Below are positions 52,452 through 64,000 of a stretch of DNA of 64,000 nucleotides, in pieces. The translations under genes and the position numbers were made by a program. The notes beneath the pieces are model-generated. The model did no database searches, was not told where the DNA came from, and saw only the letters and a program-made list of their open reading frames with translations. Position 1 is the first letter of the stretch. The number at the start of each line of letters is the position of its first letter. Source of the DNA: Cenococcum geophilum. Taxonomy: Eukaryota. The DNA lies in NCBI GenBank assembly GCA_050273025.1, contig CP158635.1, positions 31,062,001 to 31,126,000 on the forward strand. Direction: 5' to 3'.

Positions 52452-55400
52452 TACGGAAAGTTAAATAATATGCCACTAAAAGTAGCTACTATAACGCCAT
52501 TAACGGCGGCAACTACTTTAAGGTTAGGAGGAGACACTAATATAGCGGACACTAACTTACAGCAACCTATAACGGTTAGATAATTATAAGAGATAGTTAA
52601 CTAGTTAATAATAAACAATATAGCGTTAGAGGAAAGGGTTAATAGAATAGGAGTAGCAAAGATTAAGTTACTATTAATTAAGAGGTACTTAGGAGAAAGA
52701 TTAAAGCTTAAAGGATTTCTTACGTAAATATACTTTAAGGTTATGTAAGAAGGAGTAAAACTACTAATACCTATAGATTAAATAGCATATACAGGACTAT
52801 TCCTATTAGGAAGAGTACTTAAGTGGATTAAACCTTACCTTACGGAAATATAGGTAAACGGAATAATAACTACTAATTAGGAAGTACGGTTTATATTCTT
52901 AAGCTAGGAAGGGTTTACAGAGCGACTTATACAAATATTTAGAGACCTAGAGGTAGTAACTATAGCGGAAAGAAAACTCTAAGATATTACGCAATAAACC
53001 TTAGTAATTAAGTATATAATGTAGTTCTAGATACTAGTAATATAAATTAAGTAGAATAATAAGGCGCTTATAGTATAGTATAAACAGGGACTTAAGGCTA
53101 AAGGCTAAAATATAATTATCTTAATAGAAGATATAGATACCCTATAGGATTTAATAGATTAAGCGATTAAGATTAATAATTAGATCTACTAAAGGGAATA
53201 GGCTAAGAGAGGTTAGGATAGAGTTCTATAGTTATATAAAACGTAAATTACGCAATAATTAAAGCTAAGTTAGAAACTATAGTATAGCGCAGAGCTAATA
53301 GACCTAAGTGGTACTAAAGAAGCCTATAAGAGATAAAGTAAAAAACTATAGAAACCTAGAGGTTAAGGATTTAGTAATTATAGGACTAAGAAGCAAAGGC
53401 TAAACTAAGGATCTTAGTAGTAGAAGATATTTAGGCGGACTCTATAGTAAAGTTAATAGTTTAAAAATAGAGCTTATATAAATTATAGGAAATAAGGTCA
53501 TTTTATAAGGGATTATAAAGATAGTTAGAATTACTATATAATAAAGGGAACTAGACTAGTAGTTAAAGATATATATATATATAGAGGGATAATAGTATAC
53601 TACGAGGAACAAAAGAATGTTTAATTAAGAGTTTTACGTTTTACTATAATAATATATGCCGAATTTATAAAGACGCTAAGTATAGCGCAAGCTATTGGCT
53701 ATAGGAGCTAAAATCCTTAAAATATAAAGGAACTAATAAACCAGTTCGTAGATTGGATATTAAAGACAATAAATTTAACGTAGGTGAAATATTTTATAAC
53801 AATAAGGCGATAAAGGTAGCTTACTAGGAGTATACGGACCTTAAAGATGTTATATAAGAGGCAGAGGATAATTTTACTATAGAATAGGGAATATTAGTAA
53901 GGATTAAGACCCTACTAAATACGATATCTATCGCCTTATAAGACGTAAGAGAAGTAGGACAGCGAGATACTTCGGCACTTAATAAAGGTAAGAAGCTAAA
54001 GGCTTAAGATTTTTAAGACGAGATAAGAGATAACTAAGATTCTTAGGAAGAGATAAGGTAAACCTAAGGACCTATAACGGACAGAAACTAATAGAGTAGG
54101 GTAATAGCTTAGTTTAAGGATATACAAATAAGCTCGGGATAGAGTTTCCTATAGGTATAAGACTCTTAAGATAAGATAAGTAAGATTTAAGACTCTTAAG
54201 ACGAGATAAGAACACCTAAGCCTAGTTAGACTAAGGTAGGAGTAAAGCTTAAAACAGAAGTAAGCTTAGGATTAAGAATTCTATAGAACTAAGACTTTAA
54301 GACATAAATAAGAACTATTAAACAAACCAAGATTAAGAAGTAAGAAGACTTTAAGGATCTACTTATAAGGCGAAAACTAAAGGAAACTATAATGGAATTT
54401 AGAGCAAGAATTATCGCATAGTAACAACAGAAGTTAGATTAGAGGACTAATACACTAGGACGTACTAAGGACAGAGCACCTATATAAAGAATTATTAATA
54501 AACCTAAGATAGGTATACTAAGAGCTAAGTAGCTTACTAAATTGGAAAATAAAGAGGACCTAGGGATTTTAACTAGGTTTAAGGAACGACATATAAAAGG
54601 CTATTATAATATAGTAATAAGAAGATACTTCCTTACGGACGAGCTATATATACTCTAGTAGCTATACTAAAAGTAGTATAGGCAAAGGTATAATAATAAA
54701 TGGGAAGATTTCTATATATGGTTAGATAAGAAAGTTATTTAAAACCACCCTATTACGGAAAAGGTAATAAGTTACATTAAAGGAGCCTTAATTATAACGT
54801 TAAAGGATTTAAAGGAACGATTAGAGGACTAAAGAAGCAAAAGGCGCATCTTAGTACCTGCGAATAAAGTTATAACGTTTAGATCAATATAATAAAGGTT
54901 TAAACTTAGGGACAAAGACAAGCCAAGGGTTAACCTAAGACACTAAGTATACTACACGTTAGTATAGATCGCATATATAGATAATGCGTATAATATATAT
55001 AAAGCACCTAAGGATAAGCATTAAAAATACCCTATAAGAATATACTGGATGGCAGAAAAACAGAGATATAGAAACGCTAAGTATATATATAGCTAGCACC
55101 TAGTAGAAGTACAAAAGTTAGAAGACTTAATACTTTAGCTAAGAAGATTCCTTATAGAAGAATGCCTAGATAAATAATAGTAGTGGGAATACCTAGAGAA
55201 TATATATCTATAGTATATTAAAGACAAAAAGCAAACTAAGTATTAGCTAAAGGTAGACCAAATATAAACAGGATTAAGTAGCTATTAGTTAAAAAAAAGT
55301 AGAGGCCTATAGAACTAGAGGGAACTAGTAGTAAAGCCTTAAACCCTTAAAGGAATTTAGAGATAATACCTAAACCTATAAATTAAGTGGCGAGATTAAT

Positions 55401-58039
55401 AGTTTAAAGCTTTAATAGATAGTGGAGTAATAAGGAACTATATCTTACTAGTAGCAGTTAAAAGAATAGGATTACCACATAGGAAGAAAGAATATCCTTA
55501 CCTATTAGTAATAATTTTAGGAGATCTAATAGCCTACGGAGGAGGTATTATTAATCTAGAAATAGGACCTATTTAGCTAACTATTAAAGGGAGATAAATT
55601 AAGATGTCTTTTAATATATTACCGTTAGGGAATAATAAGGCAGCACTAGGAATGCCTTAGTTACAGGAATACAATCTAAAGATTAATTAGGTTATAAGTT
55701 AGGTTAATATTAGGAATACTTAACGCCGTAAGATATAATAATAAGCTAAGTTAATATAGTACTAAGTAGGAGTAACCTATAAAGAAATAGAAAAAGGATT
55801 AAGTTATATACCAAAGAGATACTATAAGTATGGTAAAAAACTATAGTCGCTAGAAAGTAAAAAGCTATTAGAATATATAGCATAGGACTATAAGATAGAA
55901 TTAGAACTAGGAATAAGTCTAAGGTTCTTTCTAATCTATAAGCTTACTAAAGAGGAAGAAAGAGCATTAAAAGAGTTTATCTAGGAAAACCTATAAAAGG
56001 GATACATTAAACCATTACAGTTATTAGCGGGATATTTAGTATTATTCGTATTAAAGAAGAATAGTAAACTAAGGCTATATATTAACTATAGACAGTTAAA
56101 CAGCATTACTAGGAAGGATAGGTATCCTTTACCCTTAATTAGCAAAATCTAAGATAGAATAGGTAACGTATAAATCTTTATAAAGATAGATCTAAGATAG
56201 GCATACTATTAGATTAGGATTAAGGAAGGCGATAAATAGAAGGCAGCCTTTAGATTAAAGGAAGGACTATATAAACTATTAGTTATATAATTTGGGCTTA
56301 TAAACGCACTAGTAACGTTCTAGAAGTATATTAACAATATATTAGAAGAATACTTAGATGAATTTATTATAGTATACCTTAATAACATTATTATCTACTT
56401 AATAACTAAGGAAGAATATAGAGGATATATTAAATAGGTCTTAAAGAGACTATAGAAAGAACAGATACTAGTAGCAATTAAGAAATACAAGTTCTTTACT
56501 AAAAAGACTAATTTTATCGGATTTATTATTAAACTAAGCTAACTTAGCATAGATCTAAAAAAGATTAAGGCTATAGTAAATTAGTAAGAACTAGAGAACG
56601 TTACGTAATTAAGATTATTTTTAAGGTTTTGTAATTACTATAGGAGGTTTATAACACAATAGTTAAAGGATATTAAACTATTTACGTAATTAATAAAGAA
56701 AGAAAAACTATAGATATAGGGAGAGGAATAGTAAGAGTTATTTATAAAAGTTAAAGAGCTATTTACCTAGGAGCTAGTTCTTAAAATATATTAACTAGGA
56801 CTAGAGACGGTTATAGAAATAAATACATTAGACTATATACTAGGGGCGTACTTTATACAGAAATATTAAAATAGATAGTACTTAGTAGCATATTATAGTT
56901 AAAAGATAATACTACTAGAGTTAAACTATAACATTTATAATAAGGAGTTATTAGAAATAGTTATAGTACTAAAGAAATAGAGAGCATTCTTATAAGGTAT
57001 AGAGAAACTATTTATAGTTAAGATAGATTATAAGAACCTAATAGGATTCCTAATAATAAAGGAACTTAACTAAAGATAGGTTAAATAGGTAGAGATGCTT
57101 ATAAAATACTATTTTAAGATTTAGTATATTAAAGGTATAAACAACATATAAATAAACGCTCTAAGTTAAAAAGCTAAACTATAAAATAATAAAAAGCTAT
57201 TAGGAGCTTTACTATAAAAGGATATAGACGGATTAATTACGTATAATTATCTAAAAATTATAGCAACTTAGGAAGAACTAAACAAAGTTTATAAGTTATT
57301 AGAAAGTTTTTAGAAATAAAGAATTTTAAAAGCATAGCTAGAAGACCTATAGGTGGATATATATAAAAATAAAGAGGTAAAGTATATCCTAAGAAGTATA
57401 GCAGAATACTTTATAAAAGATTTTTATAAGGGAATAACTTAAGAATATAATAGAGCTATGGGCTTAGTGTTAAGACTTTAAGAGGAGTATATTATTAACG
57501 GAATCTAAAGTTTAGTATAAAAAATCACTAAAGAATATCTAGATTACTAGAGAAATAAACTAATAAGGTATTAGCTATACAAAGGGCTATAACTTATTAA
57601 AATACCAGAGAGGCTATAGGAGGTTATATTATAGGACTTTATTATTAAGTTACTAAAGTTAAGAGACCCTATTACTGGATAAGATTATAATATAATCTTA
57701 ATAATAGTAAATAAGCTTATAAAGTAAGGATACTTTATAGTATATACAGAAGAGATATTAGCAGAAAATGTCGCTAAAATCTATATTAAAGAAGTATTTG
57801 CAAGATATAGAGTACTAAGTAAAATTATATCCTATAGAGATCTAAGATTTATAATAGTATTTTAGAAAGTATTCTTAGCGGAATAAGGAGTTAGAGTTAC
57901 AGTATATTATCCGTAGATAGACGGTTAAATAAAAAGATTAAATTAGACGCTAGAGCAATACCTAAAATATTATATTAACCACGTATAAAATAATTGGGTA
58001 TTACTATTACTAGTTATATAGTTTATATACAATATAATA

Positions 58040-59060
58040 GTAGTAGATTCTTTAATTAACGTCTAATACGAATCCTATCTAGGCCCACGCAGACTACTCC
58101 GTATATAAGGGAAAAGTAATATTAACGGGAAAAAACCCTTGCTATTAGGGGGAAGGAAAAACTCTATAAGCCACCTCAGTAGGATAAAAAACCCCGTTTT
58201 GCCATATCCGTCCATAGCAGCGGCCCTACGGGCCTACAACTACGTCCTATCCTCCTTAGATGTTTAAACTTTTTGGGAACTACTACTTCCTTCTCTAGCT
58301 TATCTAAGCTAGGGTTTACTACATCCCAGCTAGGCCTTACCAATTAATTGCTTATTATTGTTGTTGTTTCCCATATCTTGGCCATCCCCTATATACTATC
58401 TCTTGTTTAACCATTACCATATACGCCATACCTCCTCCCCCCTAAGGCCTATCAAAGGCGTAAGGGGGATTCATCCATTAACTACTGTAATACTAAAGCG
58501 AGCGGGATATGTTGTGTACTTTAGGTATCTTTTATACCTAGGCCCCAGCTAGGCCCTTTTTAAGGGTCACTACTCCGTTAAAAGAAGATAAGGAAAACCA
58601 TGGGTCGTAATCTAGGCTGCTAGGTAGTACTTAATAGTTAATAGTAAGTGACCGCATGCTCCGCGGGCGATCACCCTAGGGGTTAGGAGGGGCCGTATAT
58701 TTACTCGTTGCTCGGTTGCATTCGCTCGTTCGTTAATATAAGAGGTTGTTAATGCTTTCTATTAGGGGTCGGGGGATGCTATCGAATGCTATGCATCTAT
58801 GTTGGATCGTACAGGTGTCTTCTAATAGGAGAATAGTAGTGTAGTAGCTGTTATCGTAAGGGGTACCAACGGTGGTGGTTTTCGAGATCTTATCATCCCA
58901 TGTGAAAACCTTTCACCACCGCCCACAATACTCGCAACCACCACCACCATGTCATATCGTACGCTGTGCGACGTCTCTGCGTTGGCTCTGAGTCTGAACT
59001 TCGAAGACTTAGGTTCGTAGCCGTCACCACGTATAGGTGCAGAGTCCGTTTTCGACGGCC
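58040..59060 (-). mobile_element. Non-autonomous non-LTR retroelement (SINE/SIDE-like) with 5' ribozyme and LINE-type 3' end
   Basis: 14-bp TSD TATACAATATAATA (58026-58039, 59061-59074); short (CTA)n tail. 3' end homologous to the LINE end at 29350-29420. Absent from Gypsy copy 1. Confidence 0.88.
58975..59060 (-). ncRNA. HDV-like self-cleaving ribozyme (predicted, RIP-damaged)
   Basis: P1 GGCCGUC/GACGGCU with G1-U wobble; P2 CUCUGC/GCAGAG; P3 ACC/GGU; L3 UAUACGU; P4 CUAAGUCU/AGACUCAG; J4/2 AGCCAAC. Helices are in nested double-pseudoknot order. Confidence 0.85.
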
Positions 59061-62000
59061 TATACAATATAATACTATAAGAAGGAATAGGCATATTACT
59101 ATTTAAGGCAAATTACGGATATAAGCTAAGAATATCGTTATTACTATAATAAGTAAAGAAAACAAGTACTATAGCTAAAGAAAGAATAAAGATACTAATA
59201 AATCTTTATATAGACCTTATAAAATTAGTAAAGAAAGTATAAGAAAGAATAAAAAAGTACTATAATACTAAAAGATCTAAGGGACCAGATCTTAAGGAGG
59301 GAGATAAAGTATAGCTACTATATAAAAATTTTAAGAGTTAATAATTAAGTAAGAAGTTAGACTATATTAGACTAAAACCTTTTAAAATTAAGCAAAGGAT
59401 TTTACTAGTTATATTTAAGTTAAACCTACTAGCTAAAATAAAAATCTACCTTATATAATATATTATAATGCTAAAACTAGTACACGGGAGTATTAAGCCA
59501 CTAATTTATAAGGCAAATATGTATAGAGGGTAAAAGAAAAACAAATAGTAAGTTTTAAAGATTATTAGTTATAAGGATGTTAATAATAAAATATAGTATA
59601 AGGTAAAGTAGATAGGCTATAATAAGACTACCTAAAAGCTACTAAAGAACCTAAAGAACGCTATAGGAAAGGTATAGGAGTATTAAAAGAGATTAGGTTA
59701 GGCAGTATTAATAAAAAGGGATTATTAAAGAATAAGTCACCTAAGGGGGACCTAAGAAGAGCAGTTGCCGAACTATTTAAATTTATTTCCTTCTTGGCCA
59801 AAAGAGAATCCGTTCTTTTATTACTAAGTTCCTATAAACCCTATTTTATAAGCTTCTACTCCTTAAAACAAACCTTTTTACACACCTTTTTAAGACAAAT
59901 TAACCGAGTAGACGCCGCGAGATAAGACTTAAGAGCCCGTTACTAAGCATTAGCAGCCTCCTATTTAGCATTATAAGAACGGCGTAACTCTACTAGAGTA
60001 ATAGACAGTTTATTATCTAGCTGTATAGCAGTAGATTAAATATAAGACTTTAAAATAAATTAATTAAAGAACTAGACAACTATTAAAAATAATAGGTTAC
60101 GTATATTTAGTATTAGAGATAGAATAAACGTTATAAGATAAATAAATATTTACTTTAGTATACTTTAAGTAAAAAAACAGTTGTTATAAAGATGGGTTCG
60201 CTAATATAATATAAACTAACCCCTTTTTTAAACAGCGAGAATATAAAGATATTATAATCTCACTAAGAGATAATATCGTAGCAATAGTGCGAATACGATA
60301 AACAGTTAAGGAAGAAGAAATTGCTTTAGGTATAATAAGTAATAATATTAACTAAATTAATTAGATGGATATTATACCTCTAATAAATAACTTAAAGATA
60401 TTAGGAATCTTTAAGGACGAAGATAAAAAGGAGGGAGATAGTGTTATAGACACTTTAAGTATAATATTATAACTACTTAGGGAAGAGTTAGAAGAAGCTA
60501 GTTAGTTAATTTAGGTATAGTCTAAAATAAAGCCGGTAGAGCTATATAACGAGGAATAGTAACTAAGGTTATATAATATAATCTATATAATCTATAAGAT
60601 CTATATAATCTATAATAGAGTGAATAGAGCATATATATATTACGTATAAGAAGGATTTTATAGGAGTACGGTTGTGTATTTAAGGACCCTTAATCCCTAC
60701 CTAGATAGTTCCTTCCTTATAGTAATTCTTAGAATATAATTAGAGTTAATTTATTAGGCAACCACTCCACCAGTTATTATTACGTTGTTAACTTTAATTT
60801 ATATTACCTATATACCTAGCCTAATAATAAGCCTATTATAGTACCTACTATAAGGTTCCGTTACAACGCTACTATAGCTTTAGCCTTAGCTATAGCTCTT
60901 CCTTAATATTAGATATATCCTCCTAATTATACTGCGGGACTTAGTAATCTGGTGGCCCTGGTTAATATAGTTTATCTAATAAGCCTTCGCGATACTTATT
61001 GCCTCCCTTAAGCCTTATTATCTCCTCTATATAATAAGGGATCCTTTTAATCTAATACTGGATCCGCTACTACTCTAGCTCCCTCTATGCTTTATACTAG
61101 GCTTTTTTAGCAGGCTTTTAAGTTATAAGGGCGCCCTTCTTAGTAGTAGCTCTCTTAAGGTGTAGCTACGCTGGCTCTATTATATTTATATTAGGCAAAT
61201 TACTACGCTAGGTAAGGCGTTAAACTTCTACGGCACTTATTAAAAGGTCGTGATACTCAGCAACGTAAGAGGGAGCTTTATCTTCTTAAATTAGTATATT
61301 TAGAAGATTCTTTTAGCAAGCTTAAGTAAATGGAATTAGCTTTAGCGTAAGAATAAACGTTATATAGCGATACTAATTAACTCCTTTACTATTATCTCTT
61401 ATAAGCTTACCGTGCCTTTTATCCCATTTCTATATAGGTTTCTTACCTATAAGATTTCGAATTCCTATTCTCCTTATAGCGGTAGTAAGCTCCTATTCTG
61501 CTCTCGCAATAGGCTTAAGTTTGGCGTTAATTCTAATAAGATTAGCTGTTATAGTAGCTTGTTGTTATATTATCTTAGGGGTCTAAATATAGTAGGGGCC
61601 TTTTCTGTAATATAAAAAGCTGCCCTAGAATATAAACTCTAAATAGCCCTTTTACTAAGGTCTTATTGTAGATCTAAAAAAGCGTTCTTTTGGCTGCCTT
61701 TATACGCGATAGCCTTTAAGGCGAGAGCCAAGAATAACTAAAGTCTTATTGCTCTAGATAATATTTATCTAGTCTTCTAAAGTCTAGCCTTTATAGCGAA
61801 GGCAGAACTTAAGCCTATTCTTCTTTATCTGCGCTAAAAGGCCAGGCTTATAAGTAGGCTTAGTCTTACGGAAATTCTATAACCTAAGAATTCGCTATAT
61901 AGTTCTAGCGCTAATATTAGTATCAAGAGTAAGTTGCTTAATACTCTTTTCCCTACTATAGCGGTTATAATAGACCTTCTTAATAACTTCTTAAATCTTA

Positions 62001-62415
62001 GTAGATATACGTTTAGTTGGGTGACCTAATTAAGGTGTATCTCTAAGGTAGATATTAAGAATTGTGCAGCTTTTGGTCTCGTTAAAGCCGCGTTTCTGTG
62101 CTTCTTAGACGACTGATTTAATGCAGGAGACGCTTATTCCAGTAGTAGCTTAAATATCAGCATTTATACTGCCGTAAATCTTTATAGTAAGGGCCTAAGC
62201 CCTTATATAGATATTATATGAGTTACCTATTATAAACAGTAGGATTTAATAAGGATTTGATGGATTTTAAAAGCTAATAGAGTATAGTATTAAGGGGAGA
62301 GCTGCATAGGCCGCGACCCCGCAGTGCGCGCCAAGAATCGCTTACGCCACACTAAGCCACCAAAGGCTAGCGCATTAAGGGGGGGGGTCAGGAACTTTTG
62401 GCCGCTGCCTCCGTA

Positions 62416-64000
62416 CACGTGACGAACTTTAAAATATTTAAGATCTTACTATTAAAATTATTAACAGACTAATCTTTTTATTAATATCTCTATTAATACT
62501 ACTATACGCGTCTTAGCTATAGCGGAACCTGCTTTAGTTAGGTATAGTAAGTGCTATTTAATACAACCCTATATTAATTTTATTAAAAACGGTTTATCTA
62601 CTAAGCTTTTAAAGCTATATTAGGCGTGTTGGTTAAAGGCGCGTTTTCCCTATATATTACTTTTACTTTTACTTACTTTCCTAGGCTTCTAAATATAGTT
62701 TAAATAGGCGGAAAGCACAGCTAGGTTCTACTACTAAGACTTGTCCTATAAAGCGCCAGCGAAATGCTTTACCTAAAACCGATACTAAGGACGTCTTCTT
62801 ACCTCGCGGCCAAAATAGTTAAGATACCCCTAAAATCGGCGGTAGAAGGGAATTAGGGTAATATAACGGGAGCACCGCATTCTCGATCGGCATTGTAAAG
62901 CTTACTTATTAACTCCTCCGCTATATATAACAGATAAAGCTAGAAGGGCTATTTAAGAGAGCCCAAATATGTCCTTGCCGGAACTAGCTCTAATGCCTCC
63001 TCTAGCGCTAATACCTCCTCTAGCACTAATACCTACTCTAGCGCTAATACCTGCCTTAGCACTAGTACTACCTTCCTCGTAATAAGCGACGGCTTTAGCT
63101 ACACTATACCCCGTTTTAGCTGTCAATTGGGAGCGAATTAAGAACTTTAGGAGTATACTATAGGCTAAATGTATAGAGATGTGTAGTTATTATAAGGAGT
63201 AGTAGTTCTAAATGGGCCTAGCTATAAAGGGTAATAATATAGATGTATATCAAGCCTGCATTAAGGACGCCGATAGCCTTAAAGATTTAACCCATTCTTT
63301 CCTATTTGGTAAAAGTAATAGGCTTAATCCGGGGCCTGTTCCTAGCTTCCTACCTATACTTACTGCAGTAAAAGAGCTTCTGATTGCGCGCGTATACGTT
63401 TATCTATAAGTTGTGCGTATACGTAGCTAGTAATATCGCTATATTAGCTATGTTTGCTACTTTAGCTAGAATATACTAAAGACTTAAAGGTAGCTACTAT
63501 GGCTACCTACTGAACTTGATATATTAGTTATAAGGCCTATAATAGTAGAGGGTGGCAAATACCTAAGTTAGTAGTTTACTAAACGGTATACTATAAGGCG
63601 TTTTGCTATAGCACTATAGCTTTACTTTCTAAAGGTTAATTATTCTAATTATTATAATGTTAAAATATATAGCACCCAGCTTACTAGCTTACCCGAAAAT
63701 AGCTTTATATTAGATTAGCTACCTTATATTAATAAGTTAGAGTCAGATTTTAGTAGCCTAACGGCTTACCTTACTGCTCCTATATAGCGTCCTCCTGCTA
63801 TTAATTCTCTGCCTACTAAGCTTGGCAGTAATATACTAGACGGCGAATTTAATAATAATGTATTAGATACTTTAGTTCCTAATCTAGTGCCTAACCTTAA
63901 TAAATTAGAGCTTTTAGGTCGCGAGGTTTAATACTAATAAGACCTATAAGCGGGCCTAGAGGTTTCTACTATATAACAGACACCTCTCTCTAAGCGATTA
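62416..64000. mobile_element. Unclassified RIP-degraded repeat; probably the host of the Tc1 element and continuous with about 50690-51030
   Basis: Strong TpA excess, no intact ORF, 21-bp tandem units at about 62985-63065. Family not recognised. Confidence 0.45.

Larger units (their letters stand above)
51506..60865 (+). mobile_element. Full-length RIP-degraded Ty3/Gypsy retrotransposon, copy 2 (same family as 15367-27970)
   Basis: LTRs 51506-51927 and 60442-60865; TSD ACGCT; PPT AAAAGGAGGGAGATAG; colinear with copy 1. Confidence 0.95.
51033..62413 (-). mobile_element. Tc1/mariner DNA transposon (about 2 kb, RIP-degraded) split by Gypsy copy 2
   Basis: TIRs CGGAGGCAGC..CAAAAGT.CCTG.CCCCCCC; TA TSD. 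Transposase remnant RLKFCLRYKG*TLED*INII*SNKT at about 61740-61816 restores to W..W..WSDET. Confidence 0.88.

Noticed and set aside
58822..59094. 90-aa minus-strand ORF over the ribozyme
   Set aside because: It starts outside the TSD in Gypsy sequence, so it is a chance junction ORF.

Overview
Eukaryotic (filamentous ascomycete, Pezizomycotina-type) DNA. Two TpA-rich, RIP-mutated transposon nests (about 1-33.8 kb and 50.7-64 kb) flank a 16 kb gene island (34.1-50.5 kb). The island encodes an OTT_1508-like Zn deaminase, a hypothetical protein, mitochondrial ribosomal proteins uS8m and bL36m, two conserved hypothetical proteins, N-myristoyltransferase NMT1 and the TLDc protein RTC5. Most nested insertions can be resolved by their target-site duplications (TSDs): two Ty3/Gypsy copies of one family, a gag-only LTR element, a LARD-like element, two solo LTRs, Tad1-like LINEs, a Tc1 element, a MITE inside a MITE, and a 30 kb TIR-bounded element with hairpin-interrupted termini and 12-bp minisatellites. 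The standout is a 1021-bp non-coding retroelement (58040-59060, minus strand, 14-bp TSD). Its first nucleotide is the predicted cleavage site of an HDV-like self-cleaving ribozyme, and its 3' end resembles the Tad1-like LINE in this window. Its two broken ribozyme base pairs are both explained by RIP. All calls are by eye; no searches or folding programs were run.
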